Source of the DNA: Octopus sinensis
Lineage: Eukaryota
NCBI RefSeq assembly: GCF_006345805.1
Contig: NC_043006.1
Location: 76,446,001-76,510,000, forward strand
DNA: 64,000 nt
Reading direction: 5' to 3'
Position 1 is the stretch's first letter; every line of letters begins with the position of its first letter. Of the stretch, positions 14,477 through 25,701 are shown piece by piece. The notes under the pieces were generated by a model. It made no database searches and was not told where the DNA came from. It saw only the letters and a program-made list of their open reading frames with translations. The translations under genes were made by a program, and so were the position numbers.

Positions 14477-15066
14477 TATGCGCTCACGTGGTCTCACTTT
14501 CATCCTATATTCTACCAATACCACTATCAACACTTACCTCTACCTTGGATTTTCTTTACCTCTTGGATACTTACCATCGGCTGCACCTCTCTTTCGCGGA
14601 TCAAAGTGACTTTGCATTGATGTGAAATCCTTAAAAAATATACCACGACGTCTACACATTTCTCACCTTGAACTTTCAACCTTGAACTTGTTCGCATAAA
14701 CTGTCCCGTTTGTTGTATTTTTATTTTCTCTTATATTACCACTTTTTTTACATTCATTTCATGCTTTCCACATTTTCCTGAATTTTTGTTCTCCTTTCCG
14801 TCTTTCTTCCCTCTCTGGATGTCCATACTCCGTTTCCTCTGCCTGCACCCCCTTTTTTTGCCTCCCCCTCTCTCTGCTTCCCTTCTTTCTTTCCCTTTTC
14901 CGTTTGCCCCGTCTTTTCTGCCCCTATCGCTTACTTATCTAGTTTTTTCATACGATTATTATTTTTTTTTTTTTGAACGTTTGTTTTTTCCCCTTTTTTT
15001 CTATTTTTTTCATACGATAATTTTTGTTTTTTGTTTTTTCGAACGTTTTTTTTCCGCTATCCCATC

Positions 15067-15828
15067 ATGCCGGATCCTAGGTCCTACCTCCTCACCCTCA
15101 ATCACCGTTTGAAGGATCATCTACGTTCGCTTCCTGTATATCGCCTTCAGCCGTCCGTTAATCTCTCTCTACTTCTTTTTAAAAAAACCCGCTTCTCTAG
15201 CCATGTCTCTTTCCTAAGCCGCTGCCTACATCACCGACTCATCCCTAAAGGTTTCCGCCTCCACTTCCACCCTGCTCTCCACTCGGATTCTTCCATCTTA
15301 CCCATATTCCGCACCACATCTTACCGCCTTATGCGGGCCACCATTCGCTCCAATCTCTCCAAACTACATGCCATCAACCGCCTTCTTCCTCCTGCTTTCT
15401 CCACCTTCTTCTCCTCTCTGCCGCCTCTCTATGCTCCAAACACGCTACGCTTCATTATCCATTTGAATCAACTCTTCCATCAATTTCTTTCTGATACCAA
15501 ACTTCGTAAACTCCAATCACTCTTCCATTCCACCCTACCCGACGCCACTACCCCAACTCCTCCACCACTCTTCTCCCCTCCCGATAGGCTCCATCCACCC
15601 ACACCTAACCCCACTGCCCCTCCCTACAACCCCTTCTCCCCTCCCGTTAGGCTCCATCCACCTACACCTAACCCTACTGCCCCGCCCAACCACCCCCACA
15701 CACCACCCCAATCCCTCCCCCTCAGACCTCCACGAGACCTACCACCCCTCCTACTTCTATTCCACCCACCCTTCTCCACTTCCGTCTGTTGTTACCATTC
15801 CCCCCGATCTTCCCCTCTCTGCGGCTGA
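15067..15828 (+). CDS. Penelope-like ORF, N-terminal part (frame 1)
   Basis: ATG at 15067. LFKKTRFSSHVSFLSRCLHHRLIPKGFRL is typical of the PLE N-terminal domain; the ORF ends in a Pro-rich tandem repeat. Confidence 0.7.
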   Translation: MPDPRSYLLTLNHRLKDHLRSLPVYRLQPSVNLSLLLFKKTRFSSHVSFLSRCLHHRLIPKGFRLHFHPALHSDSSILPIFRTTSYRLMRATIRSNLSKLHAINRLLPPAFSTFFSSLPPLYAPNTLRFIIHLNQLFHQFLSDTKLRKLQSLFHSTLPDATTPTPPPLFSPPDRLHPPTPNPTAPPYNPFSPPVRLHPPTPNPTAPPNHPHTPPQSLPLRPPRDLPPLLLLFHPPFSTSVCCYHSPRSSPLCG

Positions 15829-15916
15829 ACGCTCCGTCCTTGGTAGGGGTCTGCGTTTCATCCCCCTCACTCCATCCTGTAAGGAATTCCAGACGCGAGT
15901 TGATGTCCACAGCTTT

Positions 15917-17974
15917 GTGCGCCGTGTCCGGTTGGGTGCGCACTACCACGACTCGCCACCCACACCCAACGAAGAGGACGACTGCTTCACTGGCCTGGGC
16001 CGCCGACCATCCCCGTGGACGCCTGCCCCTGGCCAGATCCTAGCAGTGGATCTTTTCGCGGGCGCTTGTCAGCGTGCATTGGAGCGGTTCAACTTCTCCA
16101 GGCGCCAACGCCGCCTCAACATCTCCCCGGCTGAGCTCTTGGCTCTTCGTTCCCTCCAACGGCGCGCTGACATTATCATCAAACCGGCTGACAAGGGTGG
16201 AGCTGTAGTGGTGTGGCGCGCGGACCTCTATTGGGCCGAGGCTTTCCGCCAACTCAATGACACCTCCTTCTATTCCCCTCTGCCCTCTAACCCCACACGT
16301 AGCTACCAACAGACGGTATCCTCTACTGTCCAAGACCTCATCTCGTCCTCCCGTCTCCCCCGCACCGCATCCAACCTAATCGTGCGAACCCCACGTACCC
16401 CCACCATTTACTTCCTCCCCAAAATCCACAAACCCAACAACCCTGGCCGCCCCATCGTCTCCGCCTGTAACTGCCCCACGGAGCTCATCTCTAAATACCT
16501 CGACCGTGTCCTTGCCCCCCTAGTGGCATCTCTTCCCTCCCACATCCACGATACCAACCATGCTCTCCGGCTTTTCAACTCTTTCTCCTTTCCTCCCGGC
16601 TCCTCCAAAATCCTTTTTACTATGGACATCCAAAGCCTCTATACTGTTATCCCTCACCACGAAGGACTGCAGGCCCTTCGACACTTTCTTGACCTCCGCC
16701 CTAACCCTGTACCTGACACCTCCACACTCATTCGTCTGGCCGAACTTGTCCTTACTCTGAACTGCTTCTCGTTCGCGGGCGAGTTCTACCATCAGGTCTC
16801 GGGAGTGGCCATGGGAACGCGAATGGGCCCCAACTATGCGAACCTGTTCGTTGGCTATGTTGAGGCCCAAATATTCTCTAATTTCACTGGTCCCACTCCT
16901 GAACTATATGGTCGTTATATTGACGACATTATCGGTGCCACCTCACTCTCCCGCGAACATCTAGATTCCTTCCTCTCTTTCGTCCAATCTTTCCATCCAG
17001 CCCTCCACTTCACTTCCACTATCTCCAACACCTCTGTCTCCTTCCTCGACATTTCGGTTAGCATTCTTCACTCCACTCTTACCACCTCCATTCACTACAA
17101 ACACACAGACTCACACTCATACCTCAACTTCTCTTCCTCCCACCCAGAACACACCAAGCTTTCCATCCCCTATTCCCAATTCCTCCGTCTACGTAGGCTC
17201 TGTAGTGACGACCATGACTTTGAGACTCAGTCTCAACGTATGGCTCACCACTTCACCCTACGTGGATACCCCCTTACCACTATCCACACCGCCCTTGCCA
17301 GAGCACGGTCCGTGGACCGTGTATCTGCTCTCTCTCCCCGAACCCGCCCTGTAGTCTCCCGCCTCCCTTTTCCCCTCACTTACCACCCCACGACCCTACG
17401 TCTCCAACGCACCATTCTTCGAGCTTTCCGTCATCTCCAGTCCGACCCGTCCACTTCACACCTCTTCCCTAACCGACCCCTTCCCTCTTTCAAACGAGCC
17501 CACAACCTTCGAGACCTTTTGGTCCATAGCTCCTTCCCTGACCCTACCTCCCAACCCGGCTCGTTCCCCTGCTCCCGCCCACGTTGCCGCACTTGCCCTT
17601 ACCTCTCCAACACCACCCGCCTCACTAGCACCCACCATCGACCCTATCCCATCATCCACTCCTTCACCTGCACCTCCAGCAATATTATCTATTGCATCTC
17701 TTGTTCTCTCTGCAATTCCTTGTACATCGGACAAACGGGACGCCGCTTGGCTGACCGGTTCGCGGAACACCTTCGTGACATCCACCTTGCGAACGACACA
17801 CCGGTCTCACGCCATTTCCGCTCCACCGGTCACTCCTTGCAACACCTATCTGTGTTCGGTTTGTCCTTACACAGAGGCCATCCGGATTCCCGTTTGCGCC
17901 GTGAACAGGAATTAATCTTCTCTCTTCGCTCTTATACGCCATTTGGTCTCAACTCTCCCCCCCTCCTCATCTAA
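15917..17974 (+). CDS. Penelope-like reverse transcriptase + GIY-YIG endonuclease (frame open from 15467)
   Basis: IKPADKGGAVVVW, YFLPKIHKPNNPGRPIVS, FTMDIQSLYT, GVAMGTRMGPNYANLF, RYIDD, FLDISV, CSRPRCRTC linker and IIYCISCSLCNSLYIGQTGRRLADRFAEH. No internal stops. Confidence 0.95.
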   Translation: MRRVRLGAHYHDSPPTPNEEDDCFTGLGRRPSPWTPAPGQILAVDLFAGACQRALERFNFSRRQRRLNISPAELLALRSLQRRADIIIKPADKGGAVVVWRADLYWAEAFRQLNDTSFYSPLPSNPTRSYQQTVSSTVQDLISSSRLPRTASNLIVRTPRTPTIYFLPKIHKPNNPGRPIVSACNCPTELISKYLDRVLAPLVASLPSHIHDTNHALRLFNSFSFPPGSSKILFTMDIQSLYTVIPHHEGLQALRHFLDLRPNPVPDTSTLIRLAELVLTLNCFSFAGEFYHQVSGVAMGTRMGPNYANLFVGYVEAQIFSNFTGPTPELYGRYIDDIIGATSLSREHLDSFLSFVQSFHPALHFTSTISNTSVSFLDISVSILHSTLTTSIHYKHTDSHSYLNFSSSHPEHTKLSIPYSQFLRLRRLCSDDHDFETQSQRMAHHFTLRGYPLTTIHTALARARSVDRVSALSPRTRPVVSRLPFPLTYHPTTLRLQRTILRAFRHLQSDPSTSHLFPNRPLPSFKRAHNLRDLLVHSSFPDPTSQPGSFPCSRPRCRTCPYLSNTTRLTSTHHRPYPIIHSFTCTSSNIIYCISCSLCNSLYIGQTGRRLADRFAEHLRDIHLANDTPVSRHFRSTGHSLQHLSVFGLSLHRGHPDSRLRREQELIFSLRSYTPFGLNSPPLLI

Positions 17975-18889
17975 CCCCCTCCCCCCTCCTCACCTATCCT
18001 TTCTCCCCCCGACCCCCACTTCTTCAGTCCTTCATCCTTTCACCCCTACTCCCCTTCCCTTCTTCCCTCTTTCTCCCTCCCTCTTCCCCTTCCCTCTGCT
18101 CCCTCTCTCTCCCCTTCCTTCTCCCCCATCCTCTCCTCTTCCCCCTTCTCCTCCCCCTCTTCTTCCCCTCCCCTTCTCCCCCTCCCCCTCTTCTCCTCAC
18201 TACACCACATGACTTTACACATCACATCACATATGATGTGCCATACTAATACACACACCAACTAATACATACTAATACGTACTAATACATACTAGTACAT
18301 ACTAATACTTACACCAACCCTATACATACACACGTCCAGACCCCGCATACGCACTTATACTCTCTCACACACACACACACCTATACATACCAATACGTAC
18401 TAATACATACTAATACATACTAATACATACACCAACCCCATACATACGCACGTCCAGACCAATCCTACGCACTAATACTCTCTCATACACACACACACAC
18501 ACACACACCCTTATACATACTAATACATACACCAACCCTATACATACACACATCTAGACCCCTCCCACGCACTTTTAGCTGGTTCCTCAACCCCTTTTAT
18601 CAACCCTATTATCTCCCCTTATTTCGCTCTCGCGTCTCATGTTTGATCTTTGACCTCTGGCCGAAATCAGATCGCCATGTTGATTCGTTAGCTACTGCAC
18701 GCATTTTTTTTCTCTCCTTCTTTCTGTGTTTTTCTGTCTCTGTGTATCTTTCTGTTGAAGAGCGTAGGCTCGAAACGTTAAAGACTTGTTTTATTTATAT
18801 TTCCTGAGCGCCATACTAATACAATTGTTCGTTTGTTTTCCACCTGCCTTCGTCTTTTGTTTATTTTCATAAAGCTTCCCGTTATATAT
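17769..18889 (+). repeat. 3' pseudo-LTR / 3' end of Penelope-like element
   Basis: Direct repeat of 13352-14476; contains a polypyrimidine tract and ~120-bp TACTAATACA-rich tandem units, and ends in (TA)n. Confidence 0.95.
18747..18784 (+). ncRNA. Minimal type I hammerhead ribozyme fold (core CUGUUGA)
   Basis: Same fold as 14334-14371, but with U at core position 6 (18755). Confidence 0.75.
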
Positions 18890-19326
18890 ATATATATATA
18901 TATATATATGTAGATACACATGGATATACATGTATGTGTGTGCGTCTGTGCATCTATGTATATACGTATATATATTCTCCCGACAATTGGCTTTATTCGA
19001 TGTGGAAAATGGTAGTGCTTACACATTATAACGTACTGCCTCACCCGTGTTTTTCTGGGCAACGGAAATTGAAAGGATAGAAATTCATTTCATCTCATTT
19101 CAGTTTTTTTTCTTCTTTTATTTCAAGTAGAGACTCTAAAACAAATGAATCACTACGGCTACACTTATGTTACACTGAATGCAGTAATTTCACGGACATT
19201 AGTAGCTTTCGATGAAAAAATATTCAACCAAAGCTAATTATCAAAAGAGGCTTACACGATACACATTATATACGCAGATGCACGCATGAACACATACATA
19301 ACATTCACACTCATAAACGCATGTAT

Positions 19327-19378
<52 letters not shown>

Positions 19379-20456
19379 CAACAACAACAAAAACTATAAT
19401 AACAATAATAACAATAATAATAATAATAATATAATAATAATAATAATAGGAAGTAAAACTCCAAACTTACAGGGAAAACTTCAGTAGAGTATTTAATCAA
19501 ATTTCATAGTATCAATATATAAATATAAAATATGAATTAGAGATAAACCACTATTATGCGACTCAAACAGTGATAAACATAAACCAAAACATAAATATCA
19601 AATAATATATATAATTTATATAATATAAGTGCGTGTGTATATATGTAGGCATGTATGTATATACATATTTATAGAATATAAATTATATATTTATTGCACA
19701 TTTTAAATATATCTATTATTGTAAGAAAGTCCCAAACAAGGTGGGAAGCCACATGGAGCAAGTCTCTATAAAGAGAGATTTTAATTTATTTTTTACTTCA
19801 AAGTGTTCAGGTTACAAAAAGGAAGATGGTACTGAGATGGAGGAGAGTTTCAGAGTCTGGCAGTCACAGAAATTGGCTACAGGCTTAGATAGACATTCTT
19901 ATTGGTGGAAGCACAATAGCATTTGGATGAAGATGTTGAAATTTTTCTGTGTCGTATCTCCTCTACGTAGATGACACCTACGTAGTTCACTCCATCCTTT
20001 GTCCTAGTCATTCCTATCCTGCTCATGCACTCCGAACGTCTGCATCATCTCACTTATTATGACCATCCCGTTTCCCTCCAGGGCATGTCCTCATGTACCT
20101 TCGCCACCATCTCTCTCTCAATCTCTAACTCTCCCTCTTTTCTTTTCCATCCCCGGTATCCATGTATCTATTCTACAGGCAGACATCACTGCCCCTCTAT
20201 AAATTTTACCTCTCTTCAACTGACAAAAAGCCACCCCTTCAATACCGCTCCTCTAATTCAGCTGAGGGGTTTCTCTCATGAAAGGTACTTGGTGATGGTG
20301 TCCAAGCTGTGTTCCGTAAAATGCACCAAGTAGACAGTGTAAAGTAATTGTTAAGAATGGCATTGAGACGAAGAAGGCATGGCAAAACATGTTGCGACCC
20401 TAAATTTAGCTCCGGTCAAACCTTCCAAGTTCGGTACCTTAGAACACATACGTTAA

Positions 20457-20489
<33 letters not shown>

Positions 20490-20537
20490 GTGATATAAGA
20501 ATGTGTATATTAATGTTTGTATATACATATATGTGTA

Positions 20538-20604
<67 letters not shown>

Positions 20605-20684
20605 ATATATATATATATATACATACGTATCTATATAATATATATATATATGCATATATTCGTATCTATAACACACACACACAC

Positions 20685-20717
<33 letters not shown>

Positions 20718-21418
20718 TTACAAACCTCACAAACACACAGCCACATGCATCTATATGCATATTTGATTGTAAAATACTATCAAACACATGTATCTATAGT
20801 CATAAGGTGGTTCTGCTGGAAATATGTGTGTGTTCGTATATATGTGTGTATCGGTGTCTGTGTATCTGCGTGTGTATGTCTGTGTGTGTGTATATCTCTG
20901 TGTGTTGTGACTGTATACAGGCATATCTTTCTATATATTCGCATGCATCTATATACAATTATAACGTTCAAAGCTAGAACTACTTTCGCTTTGCTTTATG
21001 TTGCACACATACGAAGCATCAGAATATCAGCAATTACTTAATACTTAATAAATATGCATAATTGCTTACACTTATTCAAGTACCATTTACTTATTTGTAT
21101 ATAATCATCTGAAATCCTCACAATGAAAGCAAATCACTGTATGAAAACACTTAACGTCATCTTAGCAATAACGTAGCAAACTGTTGCGGATTCTCTTGGG
21201 TAATATTGATCTAATAAATATCAAAGATTAGTGCATTTGTGTGTCGTATGACGGAAGATAAAAACAGTAAATATTCAGGTTGTAACAAATGAAAAATTAG
21301 TCACAAAAGTGTCATTCATGTAACGAATTCATTTTTTCTTAGATAAATTTCTAAATATTCATAATGTGTAAATATGGTACAAGGTAGAGTATCAACTCTA
21401 TATATATATGTGCATGCA

Positions 21419-21809
<391 letters not shown>

Positions 21810-21816
21810 TATAAAC

Positions 21817-22520
21817 TTAGAGATGGCTAAGAAAAAGTGATTTGAAATCATGCACTGAAACATTGTTATGGTGCGCTGAAGTACTAGCTCTTAGAACTAA
21901 TTACACCAAGTTCCGAATAGATAAGTATAGCGAACCGTCACTTTTGTAGGATGTGTGGCAGCAGAAACGAAACAATCTCACATATTGTGAGTGAGTGTAG
22001 CAAGCTGGCCCAAAAGCACTACTAAAAGAGGCATGATATCATGGATAAGTACGTCCATCGAGGGCTGTGGCAAAAGTACTGCCTGAACTGAGCACGGAAA
22101 TGGTACGAACATGGACCAAAAGGTTCACGGAGAAAAAGGAACATAGAATGCTCAGAGATTTTAAATCCAAGGTGACTCACTAGTCGAATCTCAGACACCA
22201 AACATTTTTGTGGCTGATAGAGTTAAAAAGGAAACCAAGATCATAGATATTGCCATACCTGGAGATGCACGCGTAAGTAACAAAGAAGTAGAAAAGTTTG
22301 AAATATGCAGATTACTACAAGACGAAATTGCAAGAATGTGCACTATGAAGAGGTTATCTGCCATTCCAGTAGCTGTACGGGCACTCAGACTACTAACTAC
22401 CAAGTTCGAAAAATATGTTAAAGAAATCAGAATTGCCAAGAGAGCAGCACGCCAAAAAAAAACCCAACTTTGCTGAGGACAGCTAGGATTTTGAGATTGG
22501 TACTTGGAAGTTGAATGTCT
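21817..22520 (+). mobile_element. R4/Dong-type LINE, RLE/CCHC 3' region (decayed)
   Basis: WLRKSDLKSCTE, CRMCGSRNETISHIVSEC, RHD and IIDIAIPGDARVSNKEVEK, with stops and frameshifts. Confidence 0.85.
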
Positions 22521-23275
22521 CCCATGATAATTAACAACCAAGTATCAAAGCTTATAATGTGTGGAGAGGAACCATGTGAGTCATCTGACAGCAGGCTGGT
22601 GTCCAATCTTACAGGTTCTACCAGAACACACAAGACCGAATTAAGAATATATTTAGGACAAGTTGATAAATTGAGTAGAGAAGAATTGAAGCACAAAAGC
22701 ATATAAGAATAATGGTGGAAAGAACATAGACAGTAAGAGATAAAGGTTATGATGTGATATAAGAAGAACGGAAACAAAGATTACTAGCAATCAAAGTAAA
22801 ACTTTAAAGTTTTGACCATAGGTCAAAACAATTCAAGGATAACAGATCGTTTGAAGCAAATCACAAGAAATTGTTTCAGGAACTAGATGGACAATTATAC
22901 GTAACAATCTATCTAGAAGCCTCTAGAGCATAATGGTGAAGCGGAGGGGCTGCTTGAAATCCAATATAGATTAAGAAATATAGAAAACCAAGTAGACAAA
23001 GATAACTACAGAAATGGTAAAAAACAGTTAAGAAAATTCCTAAATAGGAAGAGTCCAGTATCGGATAGGGTCCGAAGTGATTGGGTGAAGAAGCTGAGAA
23101 GGCTCTAGGAAAGGATAGCGAAACAGCTAGATGAGTGCTAGCAGGAAGACGTAGTACGAGGCTTCATGACAAAGGGGAAGACATTGTTATATGCCAAGAA
23201 TTCTTGAAAGGGAAATGTTGCATCTAACCTTCGACATATAAAGTGTCTTTCACTAATGTGGAAACTAACGTCAGG
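22521..23275 (+). mobile_element. R4/Dong-type LINE, pre-RT/RT N-terminal remnant
   Basis: EERKQRLLAIK...QFKDNRSFEANHKKLFQELDG, PNRKSPVSDRVRSDWVKK and MTKGKTLLYAK...IKCLSLMWKLTSG. Confidence 0.7.
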
Positions 23276-23293
23276 TGCTCTGGCCGGTTAACT

Positions 23294-23525
23294 GTATTCT
23301 CTTTCACTTTTTTGCTTATTTCAGTGATTCGACTGCGGCCATGCTGGAGCACTGTCTTGTCGAAGAAATCGACCCCAGCACTTATTCTTTGTAAGCCTAG
23401 TATCGGTCCCTTTTGCCGAACCGCTTAGTGACGGGTACGTAAACACATCAACATCAGTTGTCAAGCGATGTTGGGGGACAAACACAGACACAAACATATC
23501 CACATACATACATACACACACACAC

Positions 23526-23590
<65 letters not shown>

Positions 23591-23751
23591 ACGGCATTCT
23601 TTCAGTTTCGGTTTACCAAATCCATTCACAAGGCTATGATCGGCCCGAGGCTATAGTAGAATGTACTTGCTCATGGTGCCACGCAGTGGGACTCAACACG
23701 GAACCATGTGATTGGTAAGCAAGCTATTTGTCACATAGCCACTCCTGTGCC
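23294..23751 (-). mobile_element. SINE family 1, full length with internal (CA)/(TA) microsatellite
   Basis: Reverse-complement homology to 24859-25268 along the whole length. Confidence 0.9.
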
Positions 23752-23936
23752 TATAGATAATTTCTTTTTTTTATATAGTTATAAGAAAGTCTATAAGGAC
23801 TACTAATTACAGTTTTTGAAGTGTACAAGTGATTTTTAAAAAAGGTTATGAAATTTGTTATGAGGATATTACTAAACTTTTGGGAGAAGATATTTTTTTC
23901 TAGGGTGTGATAGATTTCGTTTAACCTAAGCTTTCC

Positions 23937-23980
<44 letters not shown>

Positions 23981-23984
<4 letters not shown>

Positions 23985-24405
23985 CCTTTAATTTCAACAC
24001 ATATATAAATCAACACATGTTTTTTGACGTCATTGCTTTTAACGGATTTTTAAAATCACTCATTATCACTGTGGTCAATATGTAGCAAGCCATAGAAAAG
24101 TTTTTGTCCGTCTTGAGGCTGATTGATTTTCCTTGACTTTCCTGATGAGAAGACGGCATAATGCACCTTATTCCTTCAGAATTAAGAATATGCAGTCTTC
24201 GAAACATGTGTTGAAATTAAAGGAATTGTGTTAAAATCCTCGTTCGACTCCCTTCTTTTATTCATTTTAAATATTACACAAATTACCACACAAGAACACG
24301 GAGTTTCTACCCTTGGCATGTAGCTTCAACCGTATTTTCTGACGTGAATTTGCTACCCAGGTTTCGGTTACCGAATTATCAATACTAGGATAATTCATTC
24401 ACCTA

Positions 24406-24407
<2 letters not shown>
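23981..24407 (+). mobile_element. (TA)n-flanked ~430-bp Penelope-family-B pLTR-like element carrying a hammerhead
   Basis: Bounded by (TA)n on both sides; homologous around the ribozyme to the minus-strand 3' UTR at 35357-35600; 21-bp perfect inverted repeat 23981-24001/24207-24227. Confidence 0.7.
24129..24225 (+). ncRNA. Type I hammerhead ribozyme with canonical core and long stem II
   Basis: Stem I 24129-24141/24213-24225 (11 of 13 paired), CUGAUGA at 24142-24148, stem II GAAGAC-G-GCAUA...UAUGC-A-GUCUUC, GAAA at 24201-24204, self-complementary ACAUGUGU, GUU cleavage after 24212. Confidence 0.85.
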
Positions 24408-24463
<56 letters not shown>

Positions 24464-24858
24464 CTTACAAATAGAAGCGAAAAATGTTAAGAGAATTTTC
24501 CACTACATTCGAATAGAAAAACCTCTCTAAACATTTGTTACTTTGATATAGAGATAGGATTTCCGGACTTTTACGGAAATCCTATCATTGTACATCATAG
24601 AGACGTAAAATGTATAATACTATCTTGAAACTGAATGTCTGTGTGTGTTGTGACTGTATACAAGCATATCTTTGTATATATTCGCATGCATCTATATACA
24701 ATTATAACGTTCAAAGCTAGAACTACTTCCGCTTTGGTTTATGTTGCACATATACGAAGCATCAGAATATCAGAATATTTTGAAATGCCTCAGGTGAGAA
24801 GGGATCTTACGTAATTGATTATTGCCCTTGTATGTATTGAGCATCATTCAGAAACATA

Positions 24859-25268
24859 GGCGCAGGAGTAGCTGTGCGGTAAGTAGCTTGCTAACCAACC
24901 ACATGATTCCGGGTTCAGTCCCACTGTGTGGCACCTTGGGCAAGTGTCTTCTGCTATAGCCCCGGGCCGACCAATTCATTGTGAGTGGATTTGGTTGACG
25001 GAAACTGAAAGAAGCCTGTCGTATATATGTATATATATGTATATATGTGTATATGTGTGTGTGTTTGTCCCCCTAGCATTGCTTGACAACCGATGCTGGT
25101 GTGTTTACGTCCCCGTCACTTAGCAGTTCGGTCAAAGAGACAGACAGAATAAGTACTGGGCTTACAAAGAATAAGTCCCGGGGTCGATTTGCTCGAATAA
25201 AGGCGGTGCTCCAGCATTGCCGCAATCAAATGACTGAAACAAGTAAAAGAGTAAAAGAGTAAAAGAGA
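24859..25268 (+). mobile_element. SINE family 1, full-length reference copy
   Basis: tRNA-like head (A box TAGCTGTGCGG, B box GGTTCAGTCCC), TTGGGCAAGTGTCTTC core, internal TA/TG tract and (GAGTAAAA)n tail. Confidence 0.95.
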
Positions 25269-25426
25269 TACGTATCAAATGCATTCAAAATGTCATTACT
25301 CGGTTTAACGACATTATAGATATACATAAAATGTGTATATGTGTGCGCGTGTATATACATACATACATACACACACACATACACACACAGACACACACAG
25401 ACACACACATAAATATATATATATAC

Positions 25427-25501
<75 letters not shown>

Positions 25502-25668
25502 GGGTGTATAACTCCAAACTTACAGGGAAAAATTCATTATATATTGATTAATTATTTTTATACTTCTAGTGATCTAGTTATATGTTTTAAAAAATAGTTT
25601 TTATTTTTTATTTATGATTTGGTTTATGTCTGTCATTGTTTGAATTGCATAATAGTGTTTTTTCTCTA

Positions 25669-25701
<33 letters not shown>

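Larger units (their letters stand above)
13352..18889 (+). mobile_element. Penelope-like retroelement (Neptune-like), near intact, partial-tandem structure with pseudo-LTRs
   Basis: 13352-14476 is a ~99% direct repeat of 17769-18889. The internal ORFs encode RT plus GIY-YIG, and both flanks are (TA)n. Confidence 0.95.

Noticed and set aside
19741-20460. Possible LINE 3' remnant ending in (GAT)n
   Set aside because: The tail is suggestive, but no diagnostic protein motif could be read in any frame.
23981-24227. Interpretation as a DNA-transposon MITE with 21-bp TIRs
   Set aside because: The right 'TIR' is internal to a hammerhead, and homology continues beyond it to a PLE 3' UTR, so an inversion is the better explanation.
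24859-24935. tRNA gene
   Set aside because: A/B boxes belong to a SINE head; no cloverleaf, and it is followed by SINE body found in many copies.
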